DNA of 64,000 nt from Azolla caroliniana (GCA_043228905.1 JBHGNT010000016.1:4898001-4962000), one strand, 5' to 3'. Shown: positions 1-15,260, counted from the first letter of the stretch. Notes: generated from the letters alone by a model not told the origin. Made by a program: numbers and translations.

Positions 1-247
1 GTGAAGTTTTTTCGAATTGAAGGAAGCCAAAGCAAGAGGAATACATGTATTGATGTATCAAGAGGACATGATGCAAAATATATGTTACAAATTATACATT
101 TGGGAGCCATGAGACAAGAGAACATTGAGGATGTGGCATATCCACATCCTCTATGTTATTATAATCCTGCAACTATCAAAACAGTTCGATAGTTGTTAAG
201 AACATTAAGGATGTGGATATCTTTGGTTATCTAAGTTCCATAACATC

Positions 248-855
248 ATCGGTCATCTTGTCACCCGTTGAAATTTATTGGAAGAAAGTCACTTGAGAGG
301 GAAGTGTTTATATTGTTGCTCTGTAGACTTCAATAAAGCTTTTGGTCCAACATATTTGGATGTGCATGGAAGATCTTGGGGTGCCAAAGATTATATGTGT
401 CTATAGGCGATAGAACTTCATTTTTTTTTATAACACTACTGGTGTTAAGCAAGGATATCCAAGCTTAATAACTCTATTTGGTCTATGCATTGATGAAATA
501 TGTAAAGAAGCATGTGTGATTTTGTGCAACGGAAGAGATGTGTGTGTGTGTGTGTATGTGTGATCGGTCATCTTGTCACCTGTTGAAATTTATTGGAAGA
601 AAGTCACTTGAGAGGGAAGTGTTTATATTGTTGCTCTGTAGACTTCAATAAAGCTTTTGGTCCATGAGCATATTTGGATGTGCATGGAAGATCTTGGGGT
701 GCCAAAGATTATATGTTTGTATGGGCGATAGAACTTCATTTTTTATTATAACACTACTAGTGTTAAGCAAGGATATCCAAGCTTAATAACTCTATTTGGT
801 CTATGCATTGATGAAATATGTAAAGAAGCGTGTGTGATTTTGTGCAACGGAAGAG

Positions 856-896
<41 letters not shown>
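248..896 (+). mobile_element. Tandemly duplicated (~315-bp period) decayed RTE-type LINE reverse transcriptase fragment, each copy ending in a (TG)n tract
   Basis: Copies start at 248 and 563 (atcggtcatcttgtcacc...). Each encodes YCCSVDFNKAF (cf. FVDFxKAFD) and GVKQGYP...TLFGLCIDE (cf. GVKQGCPLSPxLF), which are non-LTR RT motifs. The frames are broken. Confidence 0.75.
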
Positions 897-898
<2 letters not shown>

Positions 899-2237
899 AT
901 AGAGTGAGAGAGAGAGAGAGACCACAAGGAATACAGGAAACAATAAAACTGTATTAGAAAGAGAATAAAACAACCAACAACTACAACGAAGAGGAGAAGG
1001 TGCTTATGTAGTCACCTTCTCTCTATATTCTCTTACTACAACCACCTCTTGGGAAGGAGGTGGAGACGTAACTACCTACTAACTATGTGTCATAGGACTA
1101 ACTTCTATGACACACTAGTTATGATACAAAGTAGTAGGGTGTTCATACACTTGGCTATTCCTAAGGTGTGGTCCCATAGTAGGATAATTGAGTTTGATTC
1201 TCAACACCCCCCTTCAAGCACAACTTTCTGGTAGCTAGATAGTCGGCTTGGGCCGTGTCGATTAGTATCTGGATCAGCTCCGACTTTGGTTGTGGATGAT
1301 CAGCTTACTCTGTTTTCTGTGTTCATTCTACTCCGTTCGATTCCGTGTCGGGCAACAATTGGTTAATCCCCCTCAAGCTCGACTGGTTGGCGGTTGAGAG
1401 GCCTAGGTTCATCATGAACTGCCGCAACTTGTCGGCTCCCAGGGCCTTCGTGAAGATGTCCGCCATTTGTAGGTTGTTGTGGATGTGTTGCAAGTCGACA
1501 TCCATGGCCATGATACGTTCTCGGATGAAATGATAGTGCACCTCGATGTGTTTAGTTCGAGCATGAAAAACTAGGTTCCAAGCGAGGTGAATATTGCTCA
1601 TGTTGACGTAGTATAGGAGGATTGGATATTTGATGGAGATGTCCAAATCCTTGAGAATCCTCTTCAGTCATATGGCTTCGCATGTTGCCACGGTCACGCC
1701 CTTGTATTCTGCCTCCGATCTCGACAATGTGATTACCGGTTGCTTTTTACTGCTCCAGGAGATAGCTTTATTGCCGAGGGAGAAGACAAATCTTGATGTT
1801 GATTGTTTGTCGGCTTTGTAGTTGGCCCAGTCGACATCAGTGTACCCTTCGAGTTGAATCAATGTGGCCGACTTGTAGAGGATGTTGTGGTCCATTGTCC
1901 CACGTACATACCTTAATACTCATTTAGCGCAATCTAGATGAATGTCACTAGGTGTCTGCATAAATTGGCTAAGGAGGCCAATCAGGTAGCTGAGGTCGGG
2001 TTGAGTAATGGTGAGATAGATCAGGCTTCCGACTAGTTGTTGATAGTGATTCAGCTCGCACTCTTTTGTGCTGGAGTCGGCATCTAGATTTAGGTTTTGA
2101 TCAAGAGGGGTAACAACGGGCTTACACTCTGTCATCCCAAACTTGAAGAACTGATTTAGGATACAGTGTCGTTGGGAAATCATGATGTTGTTTGGAGTCT
2201 GAATTACTTCTATCTCTAGAAAGTAATGAAGCTCCTT
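897..2237 (-). mobile_element. Ty1/Copia LTR retrotransposon A, 3' part (RT end, RNase H, PPT, 3' LTR ~897-1206), truncated by element B
   Basis: Minus-strand ORFs 1920-2261 (LVGSLIYLTITQPDLSY), 1668-1895 (GYTDVDWA...ISWSSKKQ...EAEY) and 1323-1646 (FHARTKHIEVHYHFIRE...ADIFTKAL). The polypurine tract GAAGGGGGG abuts TGTTGAG at 1206. The LTR ends ...CTATCA at 897. Confidence 0.9.
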
Positions 2238-2511
2238 TGTAGAGATTGAAGCCGGCCACAACCGGTTCTAGACCCAAGTATGAGAGGTGCAAAGATTTAA
2301 ACTGAAAAAAAATAGAAAAGAAAACACAAATACAGAGACAAGGTATTTTAACGTGGAAACCCTAATAGGGAAAAACCACGAGAGTCCCCGAACTCCGAAC
2401 TGTTTCACTATGATATGAGAGGAATACACTGAGACTTGTAAGCAACAACCTCGAGTTCGACTTCTTCGTATGATGGCGGTTACAACAGAGTCGCAACAGC
2501 ACACACACACA

Positions 2512-2573
<62 letters not shown>

Positions 2574-5500
2574 GTCTCACGTTGTCGCGGTATTCTGTGG
2601 GTGCGTGTAGAAAGGAGCGAGACCACGGGGGTCTCGAACTAGGAAGTGATGGGTGTCAGAAGCCGACTTCTCTCAAGTCCCGGTTGCACTGGTTGTGGCG
2701 CAAACCCGAGCGACTCCGGACACGTACCGGCGGCTACCAAACACAAGAGAGGAAGAGAGAGAGAGCACGTGCGCAACATGGACACAACACACGCCTCTTA
2801 TGTACGGGAAACAAAGGGAAAGAAAAGCAGCTGACACCAACATAGGCACAAATATGCACAACCCTTTATATATATAAATACATGTGCAAGGTACAATACC
2901 GGCTTCGAGCCGGACCAAGTAGGTTAGGTTACAACAGTCGTCTACTATCAAGCCGCCAATTGAGGAGCTCACGAGCTCGTCGCGTCGAGCGGGGTCTTGC
3001 ACAAGAGACCAAGCAGAAGCAAACGCCTCAGAACATACAAGCTCTTCCACCGAGCTAGACCCTAAACAGACACGAAGACACACCTACCCGACGACAAAGA
3101 GGAAGAAGAACAAGAACACTAACAGAGCTCGACTGCCATAGCCGCGGACCCCAAAACCCTCAAGAAGAAGAAGCAAAGGAACATAACAAAACCCTAGACC
3201 TAAGTGGTATACCCTTCCTAACTCAAAATGGGCAACCCCTTCACAAGAGGCACTCCCTTCCTTTTATAGAACAAGGAGGGAGATGCGTTACAATGTGGGA
3301 TGAATCCCTTATACATGGGATCCTCTGTCCCAATTTAACTCCTATTATTCACACGTTTTTTACAAGGGTAAATGCACATGGTGCACACCACCGATTCTCC
3401 CGATATTCTTCGATTCCGCCTAGGGACAGTTTTCTCCACGACAACGTTCTCCCTCACGCACACTGTTACAACAATATGAACATACATAGATAAAGGTTTG
3501 CCCTAGTTATATTTATACTTATAGAACTTTGGGTCTATTTACACATCTGGCCCGAGTAGGTGCAACAAAAACATATTTACATATGTACCCTTTTTGGATG
3601 CCTATCCGAACTTGATCCGGACACCGATTCAGATCCGGATCCGGGTTCGGTCTTTCTTCTCCTTAGGATCCAACTGATCCGGCTTGTGTTCTTCTTCTCA
3701 TCTAGAGGGAGCTTGTTTCCCAACAAACTCCCCCTTCACTCCGGCATGGGGTGGTTCGTCAACCTGACCCGTCTCCGACACGCGTCCAACTTCTCCAATG
3801 ATAGCACTTTTGTTAACATGTTCGATCTGTTCTCCATTGTGTGCATCTTTATAAGAGCAAAGTCCTTTCCTTCTACCCTCTCCTTGAGCCAATGATATCT
3901 CTGTTGGATGTGCTTGGTCCTCGAGTGGTGGGCGGCATTCTTCGCAAGGTGGATGGTGCTTTGGTTGTCGTAGTAGAGTCGGAATTCTTCTTACCGAATC
4001 CCCAACTCTTTGATGAACTCCTTCATCCAGATTATCTCCTTGTCAACTTCCATTGTGGCCATATACTCCGCATCCATGGTTGACAATGCCATGGCCTTCT
4101 TCAGCCTCGACTGCCACAAAACGGCTCCCCTTGCATAAGTCATTACATACCCGAATGTGGATCGGTCAGTATCTACATCAGCCGACATGTTCGAGTCGGT
4201 AAAACCGTATAATATGGGATTGCCTGAGTCGAATCAGAGGCACATGCTCGAGGTGCCTCCCAGGTACCGACCTATCCACTTCATTGTTGCCCAATGCTCT
4301 CTACCAGGATTGCTCATGAATCTACTGATGACTTCGACAACATATCCAATGTCTGACCTGGTGCAAACCATCATATACATAAGGCTTTTGACTATTGAGG
4401 CGTAGGGTACCTTCATCATCTCAGCCTTTTCTACCTTCGTCTTTGGACTTTGTCTCCCAGATAACTTGTTGTTTGTCGGCAATGTCGACCCGACCGGCTT
4501 CGCGTTTTGCATGTTGAATTTGTAGAGCACTTTTGTTACGTACTTTTCTTGTGACAACCACAATAGTCTCTTTGTCCAATCCCAAACAATGTGCATCCCC
4601 GGGATCTGCCTTACCAAACCCATATCCTTCATTTAGAATACCCTACTCAAGGCCTTCTTCAGCATTCCGATCTTCATACGGTTCCGTCCGACAATCAACA
4701 TGTCGTCTACGTACAACAGGAGGATTAGGAGGTCTCCTCCGTCGAACTTCTTCATGAACATGCAGTGTCCGCCTGTGTCTTGTGGTATCCTTGGTTAGCC
4801 ATGAAGAATTTGAATTTCCAGTACCACTACCAGGGAGCCTACTTCAGTCCGTAAATGCTCTTCCTCAACCGGCACACCAGATTCTCCTTTCCCTTTTCAA
4901 CAAATCCTTCTAGTTGTTGCATGTATATCTCCTCTTCAAGATCACCATGCAAAAATGTCGTCCGGACATCCAACTATTCGACTTCGAGATCCATGTTGGT
5001 TGTTATGCTCAACATTGTTTAGATGGATGTAATCTTCACTACCGAGGCCAAGATCTCATCGAAATCCACTCCCTTCTTCTACTGGAAACCCTTCACGACA
5101 ATTCGGGCCTTATACCTTGGTGGATTTCCGCCATCTCTCGGTTTTAGTTTATGCACCCATTTATTTTGGAGTGCCCTCTTTCGTTTCGGCAATTCCGTCA
5201 ACTCGTATGTGTGGTTCTCATACAAGGAATCCATCTCATCCTGCATGACACTTGGCCACTCTCTGCTATGGGTGTCCCTCTTCACTTCCTCGAAGCTTTC
5301 CGGCTCCCCCTCGTCGGTTGGTAGTACATACTCTTTATCCAGAAATTTTCGGGGGGGCTCTTCTCTCTCTTAGAGAGTATCGGCTTCCTCTATTTTCTTC
5401 ACCCGGCTCATCAGGTCCGTCCTCTTCTCCTTCGGTTGGTTCTTCGTCTAGGTTTGTGTCATCTACTTCTTCTTCCTCGTCAGATCCGACTCATGTTTGA

Positions 5501-6500
5501 CTCTGACTTCCGACTAGTCTCTAAACGACCTGACTCCTTGTCCGAATTCGATCGGCTCTCCATGTTCTTCAGTCCACTTTCGACTTTCGACTGGTCGTGA
5601 GGATGTGTTTGACTTCTCCTTTACCCATTCAACAATAGTCTTCTCCTCCATGAAGACTATGTCTCGGCATCGAATGACCTTCTTGTCGGCTAAGTCCCAT
5701 AGCCGATAGCTGAATTCGTCGTCTCCGTATCCTAGAAATATGCATGGCCAAGTTTTCGGATCCAAATTTCCCCTCTGGCCAAACACCCTCAGGTGTCGGT
5801 ATAAGACGTCTTTGCCAGTCCACACCCTTTGTGGAATATCTCCGTCCAAGGGCGTTGAGTGTGATATGTTTATCAAGTACACTGTCATCATCAACGCCTT
5901 AGCCCAAAAATTCTTGGACAACTTGGCATGTGCTAACATACTTCAGACCCTCTCCATGATGGTCTGGTTCATCATCTTGGCTAGCCCATTGAGCTCTGGC
6001 ATCTTCGGCATGGTGTACTCGAGTCGGATTCCCTTCATTGGGCAATAAACTTACAATGGTCCTTAGTATTCTCCTCTGTTATCCGCTCAGATTGCTTTCA
6101 ATTTCCGTCTGGTCTCCCTCTCAGCTCTCGCTTGGAACTCCTTGAAGACCGACAACACCTGGTCCTTGGTCTTCAATGTGGAAGCCCATAACTTCCTACT
6201 ATAGTCATCAAAGAAGGTCAAAAAATATTGTGACCCGGCATATGAATTAGTGTCCACGTAGCATACATCCGTATGCACGAGTTCAACGACATTTTCCTCC
6301 TTGTCGGGGGCCTGGTTCGGAAAGAGGTTATGTTTTGCTTGCCGACCAAGCAACCAGTGCACTTCTCAAGTTGCACGTTCTTCACCTTTGGAATGAGGTT
6401 GTTGTCGGCAAGTCTTTGCATCCCCTTCTCACTCATGTGACACAACCTTATGTCCCACAACTCACCGGCAGTGCCACGTTCACTTCCTCTCGGCATATTC
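2238..6500 (-). mobile_element. Ty1/Copia (Tnt1/Tork-like) retrotransposon B inserted into element A: 3' LTR region 2238-3725, decayed GAG-pre-integrase/integrase/RT/RNase H
   Basis: Element A coding stops abruptly at TGTAGAG (2238). PPT GAAGGGGGAGTT precedes TGTTGGG at 3725. ORF pieces: LCHMSEKGM (6218-6616), LVHTDVC..FFDDYSRKLW (6087-6362), CIFLGYG (5514-5939), YKARIVVKGF (5079-5285), VPYASIV..TRSDI (4234-4632), WQSRL..ALSTMDAEY (3991-4188). Many stops and frameshifts. Confidence 0.9.
2583..3470 (-). mobile_element. LTR-like segment nested in the 3' LTR of element B (probable solo LTR of another family)
   Basis: Begins TGTCGCGG and ends CTGTTACA. 3195-3310 is clearly homologous to 7552-7672 (cctaactcaaaatggg...caagag...ccttttXtag...caaggaggg...ttacaatgtggga). 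No clean TSD found, so boundaries are approximate. Confidence 0.45.
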
Positions 6501-6509
6501 GAGCATGCA

Positions 6510-7970
<1,461 letters not shown>

Positions 7971-9369
7971 GGTCATGTAGGTAGAAATATAACTTTATTG
8001 CTATGTGAGGGTATTTAGGAGGTAGATGCTCCCTTTTATTCATGGGTAGGGATCATAATTGATGTAAGTGTGTGAAAGGAAATGTGGGGAAACCAATGGG
8101 CGCATGGGCGATTGAGAGAGTGCACACGGGGATCAAGGTGAGGGTGTGGCCTTCAAGGAGGCGTGTGGGCCTTCAAAGGGTGTGCATGCATTCAAAGGCC
8201 AAACCTTCATGAGTCTTGAGTTTGCTCGATTTCCCAAAGTCCTTCATTACAAACATTGTCTGGTTGACAAAACTTGAGTTTCTAAGCTTGGCATGGTAGA
8301 TTTGACTGCCATCTTTCGAAATTGGTTTTTTGCTCGTATCTTTTTACTCACAACTCTGTTTCACGTTCGAGGAATTCTATCACGACTTGCATGGAGAGTC
8401 TTCTGCTAGAAATATGAGCCCTTTGGTGTGAAGTTTCGGAACTCCTTTTCCATCATTATTGCAATTAATCTCAAAGGTCTTAATGCTTGCACAATGAGAT
8501 CACAACGTTTGCAAATTATGAACAAGACAAACGTTTCTTTGTCATCCTAATGTATTATGTATGTTTTTAACAATCTTTTTATATAGCTTTAAAACCTAAA
8601 ACGAGAATGTCTGTCTTTCCATCCAAAACCTTCACACTATTGAGTGGTGAGAAAAATCACCGCAATGCTACATAATCCTAATTCCATTGAAAACAGGATT
8701 TGCATGTGGCACTTCATTGAGTGATTCATGAGAGGAAGTGAAAAGAAGTTGTGCCACATGCATTACGCAATCCAAGACTTCAACCTTGACACTATTAGAG
8801 AAGGAGATAATTTACCACACTCTATGTAAATTTCTTGTGTTTCCAAATGAGATTTGTATTGTGCACCTCGTGAGACTAGAACAAAAAAGGGTGTGTTGCC
8901 TATTGAACAACCCCCTTAAAGACTTTAACCTTTGCAATGTCAAAATGGCAAGAAAAATCACCACATTGTCTATCTATCTTACTTCATAGCATTCCCAAAC
9001 AAGATTTGCATGTCTCACATCATCGAGAGAATCATGGGTCAAATAACTAAAAATCTTGCATTAACTTAACTTTTTGAAGGTAGGAGGTTGCACAACTAGT
9101 TGTCATAAAAATACTAGAAAGACACCACCGTTTTTCTGGATCTACACCAATACGACTCAAGATAGTGACGCTTATCTTTGAAGGCATAGTAATTTGTAAA
9201 ATAGGAAATGAACCTTGTAAAGGCTACATATTTTTCCCAAAGTTCAAGGTTTTCGGGCTCATTAACACTCTCCACACATCTATCAGACACTCGAATTTAT
9301 TTCTACGATTCACACTTTCTCGTTTATACTTTTTTCACATCCCCTTAGTAACTCGCATATACCACACCC

Positions 9370-9812
9370 TGGTGTAAAATACTTAGCATAAAAAACATGT
9401 AGAATACATATTCTAAGTATTCTACTATTATTCTAACCTCTCTTTTTTTAAATACTTAGAATACATATTTTATAGATAAAATACATTAAATACTTAGAAT
9501 ACGTGTAGAATACTTCTTAAAATTTTAAGTTTTTTTTTTCAATTTTTTTTTTTGAAATGATAAATAATTGTTAAATACGTAGAATATGTCATATTTTTAG
9601 AATACGTCAATTTTTTAAAAACGGCAATTCTAAAACGTAGAATACGTGTAGAATACTTCCGAGTACATATTCTAAAACGTACTCTAAACGTAGAATATGT
9701 GTAGAATACTTTTGAGTATTCTAAAACGTACTCTAGACGTAGAATACGTGTAGAATACTTCTAAGTATTCTAAAACGTACTCTAAACGTAGAATACACAT
9801 TTTTTAACAACT
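9370..9812. repeat. Array of TAGAATAC/GTATTCTA-containing ~50-bp repeats, probably a non-autonomous DNA transposon with subterminal repeats
   Basis: Repeated units such as tagaatacgtgtagaatacttc..gagtattctaaaacgtactctaaacg at 9640-9800, with the motif in both orientations. Ends tggtgtaaaa / tttttaacaacta are weakly inverted. Confidence 0.6.
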
Positions 9813-12800
9813 ATTATACCACATGTACATCTATATGCATGCACACATATTATTCACGTATTAACCTTTCTATACAAAAAAAAATATCCTACAGGAATCC
9901 TCATAAACACAAAAGTATTCCCTATTTGCAAAGTTTTAGGGCTTTTCCTTGGATTTGATTAATGTTTTTCACAAATCTACCCAAAAAGCAAGATGCCTCC
10001 ATTGTGAAAACCACCACCCCCTTTCCATTGTAATATCCTAATTTAAACAACCAATTGTGAAGTAGCTCAAATTAGGAGCAAATGAGGTTCCACTTTAAGA
10101 CTCCTTTCATCACTTGATCTCTCTTATATTGTACGTTCACATTTTGTTTTGAAATTTTATGCTATATCTTGTGTCACATACATATCTCATTGTAGTTAGT
10201 ATTAATCAACTAATAAAATAGAAGAATGCATATGGACACTTACTGGGTGATATGTTTTACACAAAAACGTTACAACATATCCAACGTTCTTGTAAAATCT
10301 ATAAGTCAAATGGGTTTAAACAATACTACCACGATGAAACCCAACATTAAGATTGTCCTCGTCTATTGCACATATACATGTCAAAGCCACATAGTGTCAC
10401 AATGCATCTTTTTGTCAAGGTATCGTGTAGTTGTCAATTTTAAACCACTGCTGACTATGTAGACCAAGGCTTCCCTCAGTTGCCCTACAATAAGAATCCA
10501 ATATGTATTAGCTAAAGGAATCATATCCACTTCATGGCAACGTTGTAATTGACTCATGAGATTATGGATTAATATGGATGTAAGTGTCATATGTCAGATC
10601 AGTATGATGAATAATGTTTCCCTTATAAGGAGGGGTGTTGGGATCAATGATTTACCTTGAAAACATCCATGTCTACTAACATGTAGTGCTTGGAGCAAAA
10701 GATCCATTGTATGAAAGATCCCCAAGGGAGATTTATGTAAAGCCTCTCCCAATTTTGCTTCAACTTGTTCTTGATTGGTTGTTTTAGAATCCAAATTATT
10801 GGTAGTTATCTAATTTTAAATTACTTTAATGGGTGGTTAGTTGCCTCCTAATGTCTCTTTCATTGAGTCATGTATGATGTCATGAAGGATTCTTTGGCAC
10901 GTCCTCCATATGGCCTACAAAACCAATACAGGATGTTTGCATTTGCCATAGAAAACATTTTTTCGTACATGTGTCATTGATATATAAGGACATGTTTATG
11001 GTTAAAGTTTGTTCTTTATGTCATTCCCATGTAAAAGTACGAAGGCCAATATTATGGAGGTGACAATAATACATAAGAATTACAGATGTGGTGCCAACAT
11101 TGCATTATGACAAGGCTTTCGGGATCAACAACTATCCACCACACAACGATGGCACTATGTGGAAACCAACCAGCACACATATTTAATGATGACGACAACA
11201 ATTTTAAGTGTCTCATTAGTGACAACATTCAATAATCAATCTCATCGTTATAATCATTTAAAATGTATGAAACTCAATTTATTTTGGGCTATTACATAGA
11301 TACTAAAACAATGTATCATTTGAACATCTCAGAAGTAACAAGACATTACATGCCTTGTTCATCATAGCTATTATATAAGAGTCTTTAAATGTCATGCAAA
11401 TGATTGATTGGCTTTCGAGCTTTCAAGAAGTTACCTTATTGAAATTCTAAAATGGAAATATTTAATAATCACAGTAAATGTTGTAATTATTATTTGCAAC
11501 ATTAAGGTTTTGGATTTTGAGTTTCCAGGGAAAACTAAAGTATGAGCTCACAATGCCAACGAGTAACTCTATCACTAAGGAATGTTACAAGCTTAGGATT
11601 AGTGCAAAGCTAGTTCTCATGTAGTGTTTGGAAGATGCAGGGAGGCATATAGATTTACACGTATAATAGATATGCCCATACAAAGAAAATAAGGGATATC
11701 ATGCATGTAAAAGGTCATTATTTATTGCAAGGATGAATACAATGCATGACAATATTGGATTGATCAAGAAGGTCGTAGAGGAAATAACAAATCATTGTGT
11801 TGGATCACAAGGTTAGAACATGGGGAATAAATGAATATATATCGGGGGACTTGGAACACAACCCTTAATATAATATGTGCCTTCGCAAATCATTAGAATG
11901 TTTATAGCAATTGATACATGAGACACACTGATTACCATGGATATGCCATGCACCTCTGTCAGTGTGTTGGAGTGGACTACAATCGAGGAATTTGATATGA
12001 CCTTGAGGTTTATTACATATAACTTGTCCATATAACATGGACTCAAAGCCCTATTGTTAAAACATCCTTTAGAAATATTCATGGATAAATAACATTGTAT
12101 CCTTTATATGGATATCACTCTAAACTCATACAAATATAAGGTAAAATTAAAACTAGTAAAAAAGAATTAAAAAAGAGCTTATGTCAAACTCAAATGATAT
12201 GCTTCAAAGTCACGCGTGGACCCCCCCCCCCCCCCCCCCACTTGACGACGAAACGCAAACTATTCATGAATAATGGAGAATCTACCTCATAATCATGATG
12301 ACAAATTGTGAACAATGGGGTAATGTACAAATACGTTCATAAACATCCTCTCACTCACTCACTCACTCTCTCTCTCTCACACTTTGTCTCGATGTCCAAT
12401 GTGGTCCATGGTGGTCCATGCTTCACGTTAAGGCATTGTGATGGAGACGACGATGTGATGGGCGACCTTGGTGGTACACATGGGGAAGTTGTACATATGC
12501 CTAAACACTATTGGAGATACTGAATCTACCCCGATATCGGCTATCATCTACATTGCCACTTTGCTACACTAAATTTAGTGGGTTGGATTTTGGGCAATAA
12601 TAAAATTTGTCTCCAGTGGCTCCAAACATTTCTTAGAGTTAGAGCCATGCCCCACTACGTTTAATTTCTTTATGCTAAATTTCAAATACACGTTAAAAAC
12701 AATTGTTTTCGTGCTAGTTTATCCTCTGCAATACTAACATTTTTAGAGTCAAATTTTCACGAGAATTATGGATTTCAAGAGTATCAACAAGGATCTCGTT

Positions 12801-14169
12801 TTGTAGGGTAGCAATGAAACCCTCTACTTTATTTATGATCCTCATTTATGTCGCAAATTGATGTTTTGTGAGGCTAAATCTTTTAAACGTTTGCACTATC
12901 TTTCACTTTATATTTGAATCTTAGTGAGAGATGGCCTACTTCGCCAAGCAATGGTGTTCACACAAAGACATCTCTTTGCTCAACAAAACAACTGTCGTAC
13001 TTAAGGCTTCCTAGGGTTCCATGGTCCATAGAGTGTAAGACTTGAATGTGAACACATGTTAAGAATATGTTGTGCAACCAATCAATAGATGTAGTTTTTT
13101 TTTTACTGACAACTTTGTCGTTTGCCTTTGTGGACCTCAGATTTGAGCAAGGAGAGACACACGAGGTCTTATTAAACAATCAAGTTGCATGCAAGTGGAT
13201 CTTCGTTAGCTTTTAGTGACATAGATTTTACTTATTGAAACACATAAAATTTTATTGGATTAAATAAAGGCAAATATCTTGTTTAATTGACCAAAAAAGC
13301 ACTAATTTTGATATTTGGTGGCCTCTAAGAAGCTTCCAAAGTGTATGAGTACGCATATAGTTTTACGAGTTTAGATATGGGAATGAATGGCAAGGGTCTC
13401 GAAGACATGAGTTATATGTATGTTCACCAATAGAAAAAATGGAAAACCAAGGCTGGTTGTCATAAGTAGTAAACTTAGGTTGTTGGGACAATGATAACTT
13501 TTGAAGTGTTTTGATTAGTCCAAGAAATAACATTTCTATCATATGAAATTTATACTATCAACACCGATTTCTGCCATATCCACAGGCCTCAACACTTGGG
13601 ATGCAAATGTTTCATAAATTTTAGCTCATTATAATAAACTCAACCTCTCTCGTATCTATATGTCCGAAGGGTGCACCATTCAACAAATACTGATCAATGG
13701 TTTGAGCTTATGGGGTTGGCCACATTTGCAATAGGAAACATTACCCGAACACAAATGTTTCGAATTTGTCACCGCTAAGGTGGGTGGGGGGGAGAAACTG
13801 CACTTCTTCATTTTTTTTTGAGGAAGGAAGTTCCATCATTCATGAAATTCACGTGCAAATGTTCGAGCTTGTATGCGGTCAATAGTGTCGAGAGGGCCAA
13901 TAGGGGTAGAGGGGGATTGGGCGGACGACAAAAGGATCGGTTTCACACGAGGGACTGTGGCGTCCGGACAAAAGGATTCGGACTCCGTCCCCGCCCACCC
14001 CGCCCCCTTCTCTTTGTACCGGCCCCGGGGGCCGACAGAAACATAAATGTAAGATATATATCTATAAATAAACAAATAAATTGAAAAGAAAATAAATCGA
14101 TGTCATATTATATGTACATACATATATATGTGTCTATATATATATTATATATATATATATATGTATGTA

Positions 14170-14480
14170 TTGTGATGACTCATGAGCGAGAAAATGATAG
14201 GAAAACCGTCCCCTGCCACGTGTACGATCTTCGGTGGTTCATCGCGCCACGTCAGCAGGCCCCGCCCCCGCGGCACTCGCCGTGTACGCGCGCTTTACCG
14301 CGCAATCAAGGACCCCCAAAAAATAATAAAAAAGAGACCGGGCTAAACGACAAAAAGCGCGACTCGTGCCACGCGGAAGCCGTTCATTGGCCCTAGGCGC
14401 CACGTCAACCGGGGCCTTTGTCTCTAACGGCGCGGTCACTTCGGGCCGCGTGACGTGACGTGACGTGACGGCGCAGCGCC

Positions 14481-14519
<39 letters not shown>

Positions 14520-14530
14520 AAACCCTAACG
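14170..14530 (+). promoter_or_regulatory. GC-rich Pol II promoter with clustered bZIP sites, GA/CT tract and telo-box upstream of the MIR535 transcript
   Basis: ATGACTCAT ~14176; G-box CACGTG 14217-14222; GCCACGTCA 14246 and 14399; GCCACGCGG 14368; (TGACG)x4 14451-14470; (CT)n; TTTAAA; AAACCCTAA 14520-14528; followed by a pyrimidine-rich leader. Confidence 0.6.
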
Positions 14531-15228
14531 TTTTTCTGTCTCCTGCTTTTCTTTCTCCTACTCACACTCGCCTTCGATTGATCTGCTTCTGTTTTTCTTT
14601 CTGCTGCTGCCTTCTTCTTCTTCTTCTTCTTCTTCTTCTTTCTCCCCGATCATGATGATGGCTTTTTAGAGCTCTTCGATCTGCACCCCATCCATCCATC
14701 CATCCATCCATCCATCCCTCAACAGTCTTTCTCCTCCACACATAATTTCTTGCAGAAAATCGTAGGCTCCCCCCCCCCCCCCCCTTCAGTCTTCTCTCCC
14801 TCTTCTTGCTCCCGCTCCAATCAAGGTAGTACCTTCCCTCGCTAATGTGTAAAATCAATATAAATAAATAAATACCTGCACATATACGCCTCTGTACCTC
14901 CTGCCTGCACTGATTTTCTTCTTTAATGTTGAAATCTCAACGGATTTCCTTTTCCTTTTCCTTTTCCTTTCTTCCTTATTCTTCTTCATCTCGATCATTT
15001 CTGCACGATATCTTGGGTTTTGGAGATTTCATGTCTTATCCAATTAGTTTTGCAAGTAAATACTTATACATACACACATATGTAGATGATACTATCTTTC
15101 GCCTTGTTTTTCTTTTTCTATCAGAGATTAAATCTTGTGACTCTCTGCACCAAGATCTTTCTTTTACTTCGTCCATCACAACACAATATACGTACATAGT
15201 GCAGTACGTGTACACATTGCACACACTC

Positions 15229-15260
<32 letters not shown>

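Noticed and set aside
9370-9812. CRISPR-like repeat array
   Set aside because: Eukaryotic context, no unique spacers, no cas genes.
11000-11900. Possible GCR1_C/Crypton-like relic (LDHKVRTW..EY..GLGTQP)
   Set aside because: Needs a frameshift and rests on one short motif; too weak to call.
14652-14685. ATGATGA as a possible C/D snoRNA C box
   Set aside because: No suitably placed CTGA D box or terminal stem.
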